39,993 nucleotides of DNA from a virus (taxonomy: Duplodnaviria > Caudoviricetes): the IMG/VR virus record IMGVR_UViG_3300029226_000010, positions 1 through 39,993 of that record. The stretch is one strand, 5' to 3'. Both the position numbers and the translations under genes were made by a program. Positions 37,203 to 39,993 of this stretch are shown piece by piece. A model generated the notes under the pieces. It saw nothing but the letters and a program-made list of their open reading frames with translations, did no database searches and was not told where the DNA came from. How positions within the stretch are numbered: the stretch's first letter is position 1; the number at the start of each line of letters is the position of its first letter.

Positions 37203-37655
37203 ATGTCAATTAAAAAAGCGTTCCAAGATGTAGTTGCATTCCTCGAAGAAAACAGTGGTAGCGAAGTTAAAACAGTACTGCCTGTCGTTATTGAAATGTG
37301 TTCTGCTAAATCCGGTGGTGCTGGTGGTGCATCTGCATACATCAAAGATGCTGAAGGTACTGTAACTCATATTCGTTGTTACTATCATGGTAAGTGGGAA
37401 CCTGTTGCAGATGTTGAATATGGTGTTAAAGCTACATCAGCTACAGGCTTGTCTAGTATGTGTAAAGAAGGCACATCTAACTGGACTAAGCAACAGGCTG
37501 CAGCTAAGAAAGCAGGTGCACAACTGTTAAACCTAGTTGCTGCTGGTGATGTTGCTCCTAGTGATATAGGCGCAGTCCAAGAAGAGATAGAGACTGCTCG
37601 CAAAGTAGTAGTTCCTCGTGAAGATGGCATCGGTGAAGATGTTGCTCCAAGCTGA
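37203..37655 (+). CDS. Hypothetical protein, paralog A (paralog of 38662-39120)
   Basis: Has its own promoter, RBS and terminator; clear similarity to the minus-strand gene at 38662-39120. Confidence 0.8.
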   Translation: MSIKKAFQDVVAFLEENSGSEVKTVLPVVIEMCSAKSGGAGGASAYIKDAEGTVTHIRCYYHGKWEPVADVEYGVKATSATGLSSMCKEGTSNWTKQQAAAKKAGAQLLNLVAAGDVAPSDIGAVQEEIETARKVVVPREDGIGEDVAPS

Positions 37656-37657
37656 GT

Positions 37658-37689
37658 GTATAGGGGAGTGATCCTCCCCTATATTTTTT
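37658..37689 (+). terminator. Rho-independent terminator
   Basis: TATAGGGGAG-TGATC-CTCCCCTATA followed by a T6 run, between convergent genes. Confidence 0.8.
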
Positions 37690-38020
37690 ATGCTCTACAG
37701 CTTATGTTAACAAACCAGCGCTGAAACTCACGCTCTGTGTCAAATAATAATACTGTATTACCCTCATATAAAGCTTTCTCTATAGCCGTTTGATGGTTAT
37801 AAGCCTTAAAGTACATGCAGTCATTGTAGCTAGACTTATCACCATTGACGTACTTAAAGCCAACTGTCCAAGGCTCACCTGTCCCCCTGAATGAGCATAA
37901 CCTAGCTACCAGACCAGACCTGGTCACGTAAGAAGCTACCCAGTCACATGTAGCTATCTCTTTTAGCTTATCTACACTGAATACCGCAATAGCTTGCTCT
38001 CTCAATACTAAATTTCTCAT
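37688..38020 (-). CDS. Hypothetical protein
   Basis: 110 aa with GAGGTG RBS. Confidence 0.55.
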   Translation of the reverse strand: MRNLVLREQAIAVFSVDKLKEIATCDWVASYVTRSGLVARLCSFRGTGEPWTVGFKYVNGDKSSYNDCMYFKAYNHQTAIEKALYEGNTVLLFDTEREFQRWFVNISCRA

Positions 38021-38023
38021 TAG

Positions 38024-38479
38024 TCACACCTCACAAATTATTGATTGCTCGCTAATAGTGCGCGAGCTCCTGTTTACTTTACCTAAGGCCTCTAGCGTCT
38101 CTAGGTCACTGCTGGGTAAGTCACAACTAAAGTTAAAACTGATAACTAACTTAATGTCAAACTTAGCTAAGTACCGCTCAATGTAATAGTCACAGACTAT
38201 ATGCTGTGTGTCAGCTATTGTTGTGCGCTCATCATCCATCAGCTTGTCGTACATGGTGTTGCACGAGGATGACACCTGGGCTATTAAGCCTATGGTGTTA
38301 CTGGAGCTAACTATTAGTGCTAGCTGTGAGTAGTCACCTGACCAGTCTGTAGGGCTAGGTGCACCAAACCTGTCTAGCTCTTTGTCAATGGTGCGCAAGC
38401 AATCACGTATAACAGCGGGCGACTGCACAGCCAAACCACACCTCCTTATAAAGTCTAATCTATCATTGTCTATCTGCAT
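38024..38479 (-). CDS. Hypothetical protein
   Basis: 151 aa with AGGAGG RBS, behind the promoter at 38506-38535. Confidence 0.65.
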   Translation of the reverse strand: MQIDNDRLDFIRRCGLAVQSPAVIRDCLRTIDKELDRFGAPSPTDWSGDYSQLALIVSSSNTIGLIAQVSSSCNTMYDKLMDDERTTIADTQHIVCDYYIERYLAKFDIKLVISFNFSCDLPSSDLETLEALGKVNRSSRTISEQSIICEV

Positions 38480-38505
38480 TGTACTTCCTCCTAACTGAAT
38501 ATTAT

Positions 38506-38595
38506 ATTATACTATATTATATTAACTATGTACAATGTGAAACCGAGCTAGCTCGGTTCAACGATTGTGCCTATGCTTAGATAAGCTAAGCTTAT
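38506..38595 (-). promoter_or_regulatory. Sigma70-like promoter (TTGTAC-N18-TATAAT) with an upstream palindromic box
   Basis: -10 at 38506-38511, -35 at 38530-38535; ATAAG-CTAAG-CTTAT at 38581-38595. Confidence 0.7.
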
Positions 38596-38598
38596 AAC

Positions 38599-38616
38599 GC
38601 ACCCCCGAAGGAGTGC
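38599..38616 (-). terminator. UUCG-tetraloop hairpin downstream of paralog B (possible terminator)
   Basis: Minus strand GCACTCC-TTCG-GGGGTGC; the U-tract is weak. Confidence 0.45.
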
Positions 38617-38620
38617 ATTG

Positions 38621-38659
38621 TTGTGAAACCGCTTGGAACTGGCCTTTGGCCAGTTACAA
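38621..38659. repeat. 39-bp hairpin-containing direct repeat, copy 1
   Basis: TTGTGAAACCGCTTGGAACTGGCCTTTGGCCAGTTACAA; 34 of 39 identical to 39136-39174. Confidence 0.85.
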
Positions 38660-38661
38660 CG

Positions 38662-39120
38662 TTACTCAGCTATAAGCTTGTTTAGTTCATCAACTGTTAT
38701 ACCCTTGGGCATGTCAGTTATATTGATGGTCGTCCGAACTAACTCAATTTCAGCCTGTTTGTCGAGTATCTTGGATGGATCAAGTTTTCCGCTTGCAACT
38801 TCAGTGAGTATATTCGCATTAGCTAACTGTGCATCTCTTTGGGCTTTCGTCCATTTTGATGTACCAACCTTGCACATATTATTCAGGCCAGTTACGTTAG
38901 ATATTTTTGATCCGTAGGGGACATCGCGAACTAACTCCCACTGTTTATGGTACCAGCAGAATATAGCGAGTGGCTTGCCTTCTTTATCTAAACTATAAGT
39001 TGTGTCTCTTTTCTTGCTTTCTACCAGGGCATAAACTTCAGCCATAATAGTAGAGACTTTTTTAGTTTCATTATTTTCCAGTAATGTAACTAACTCTGTG
39101 AACTGCTTTTTAATTGACAT
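38662..39120 (-). CDS. Hypothetical protein, paralog B (paralog of 37203-37655)
   Basis: MSIKK.F start and C.YH..WE...YG.K...TGL..MCK.GTS.WTK core shared with paralog A. Confidence 0.8.
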   Translation of the reverse strand: MSIKKQFTELVTLLENNETKKVSTIMAEVYALVESKKRDTTYSLDKEGKPLAIFCWYHKQWELVRDVPYGSKISNVTGLNNMCKVGTSKWTKAQRDAQLANANILTEVASGKLDPSKILDKQAEIELVRTTINITDMPKGITVDELNKLIAE

Positions 39121-39135
39121 AATAGTTTACCTATA

Positions 39136-39184
39136 TTGTGAGACCGCTTGGAACTGGCCAAAGGCCAGCTACAATCGGTTCAAC
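39136..39184. repeat. 39-bp hairpin-containing direct repeat, copy 2, with extended outer stem
   Basis: TTGTGAGACCGCTTGGAACTGGCCAAAGGCCAGCTACAA-TCGGTTTCAAC. Confidence 0.85.
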
Positions 39185-39219
39185 TTGTTTATAGTATGGA
39201 AATCCACACTATTGACTTA

Positions 39220-39247
39220 CTTGGAACTGGGCTTGCCCAGTTACAAC
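39220..39247. repeat. Hairpin repeat, copy 3 (core only)
   Basis: CTTGGAACTGGGCTTGCCCAGTTACAAC. Confidence 0.8.
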
Positions 39248-39319
39248 CTAATTTTAAAAGATCATACAATCACTGGTTTAATCGGATTCTGGCCTCGGCC
39301 GGATTCCACCAGTAAATAT

Positions 39320-39408
39320 ATTATGCTATAGTATGATATTAAAGTACAATCAGTAATACCTATACCTAGTATAAGGTTTTCCTATGACTCAGTGTAAGAT
39401 AATCTTAC
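39320..39408 (-). promoter_or_regulatory. Sigma70-like promoter (TTGTAC-N18-CATAAT) with three upstream palindromic boxes
   Basis: -10 at 39320-39325, -35 at 39344-39349; boxes at 39349-39363, 39371-39385 and 39394-39408. Confidence 0.7.
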
Positions 39409-39429
39409 AGTGTGCTCTGAAGGTGGTTA

Positions 39430-39760
39430 GAAAGTAGTCAAAAAAATCGGAAGCATTGGGTCCTAAGTGTATGATAAAAAACGTAAGTTTTTTGGTCAAA
39501 AAACGATCAAAACGTATTACGTTTTAAGTCTATGATTTTATTAACAAAAAGTGTCAACTGACAGGGCAAAAATCCAAAAAATCCACATACTAATAAAAAA
39601 AAAGCCAAAAATCCAAAATCCAAGTCCCAGGTTTAAACATATAATATATAAGATATATAACGAATAATCCTATATTTGTGTTAATTAGAAAAAATTTTAG
39701 TAGTATGTATTATAGTATCAGTTTTGGATTTTTTGGATTTAACTATAAATATATTAAAGC
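39430..39760. other. AT-rich iteron-like region (candidate replication origin or terminal region)
   Basis: Four AATCCA units plus two inverted ones; perfect 16-bp inverted repeat 39570-39585 / 39725-39740; two IHF-like sites; no credible ORF. Confidence 0.5.
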
Positions 39761-39786
39761 TTATTGGTCCGCACACTCTTAGGTCA

Positions 39787-39957
39787 CCTGTATCGTCCAT
39801 CACACACTTTTAGCTCAAGCCTTGATACTACTATAGATTATCGATTAAAACTCGATACACAAAAGGATCGCCTGTGTCGTCCGTCACACACTTTTAGCTC
39901 AGGCCTTGATAATGATATTAATTATCTATTTAAATCTTGTGACAGACGACACAGGAG
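39787..39957. repeat. Two tandem ~84-bp units, the second with terminal inverted repeats
   Basis: 39787-39827 vs 39871-39911 are 38 of 41 identical; 39938-39955 is an inverted copy of the start of unit 2. Confidence 0.85.
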
Positions 39958-39993
39958 ACATGAGATCACATTATCTTAGTTTTCATGGAGTTA

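Noticed and set aside
377-37630. Many short antisense or nested ORFs in the track (e.g. 3235-3642, 8277-8681, 11106-11531, 27230-27559, 34566-34901)
   Set aside because: They lie within or opposite well-supported genes and lack motifs, so they are treated as shadow ORFs
39136-39220. Hammerhead ribozyme suggested by minus-strand GAAACCG...CGGTC
   Set aside because: The required CTGANGA core and stem II are absent upstream
38621-39247. Hairpin repeats as integron attC sites or a CRISPR array
   Set aside because: No RYYYAAC/GTTRRRY core pair and no tyrosine integrase in the window; spacing is irregular (515 and about 73 bp) with a whole gene between copies, unlike CRISPR spacers
38633-39331. 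Plus-strand ORFs 38633-38917 and 39098-39331
   Set aside because: Antisense to paralog B or running across the hairpin leader and promoter; no RBS or motif support
39871-39955. matS (MatP) sites suggested by GTGAC/GTCAC half-sites
   Set aside because: Spacing and sequence do not fit GTGACRNYGTCAC
39764-39979. 71-aa ORF with an internal repeat
   Set aside because: The peptide repeat simply reflects the DNA tandem; TTG start and no evident RBS

Overview
The window is about 40 kb of a tailed dsDNA phage genome with podovirus-like architecture, split into two convergent arms. The + strand (1-22679) holds the virion and lysis genes: beta-helix tailspike, holin-like membrane proteins, a secreted FN3-like protein, scaffold, N4-gp56/DUF4043-like major capsid protein, adaptor, fibres, nozzle, ejection proteins, a portal placed after the tail genes, a 1658-aa polyvalent-type protein and an M15 endolysin. 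The - strand (22660-39120) holds replication and nucleotide genes: VRR-NUC, ATP-dependent ligase, SF2 helicase, HTH, Cas4-like nuclease, RyR-domain protein, deaminase fusion, MazG-like protein, thymidylate-synthase homolog, Pol A, SSB, Dda-like helicase and PrimPol-helicase, plus small early genes. A repeat-rich non-coding region closes the window. No terminase, integrase, RNA polymerase, tRNA or CRISPR array was seen. Most notable: (1) the thymidylate-synthase homolog carries the Asn177-to-Asp change linked to dCMP specificity, next to a deaminase fusion and a MazG-like gene; (2) five TTGTAY-N18 promoters carry phased 15-bp palindromic operators; (3) an inverted pair of unknown paralogs, one bracketed by structured 39-bp direct repeats; (4) an ~85-bp element recurs 17 kb apart beside IHF-like sites. 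All family calls come from recognising motifs by eye; no database searches were run.
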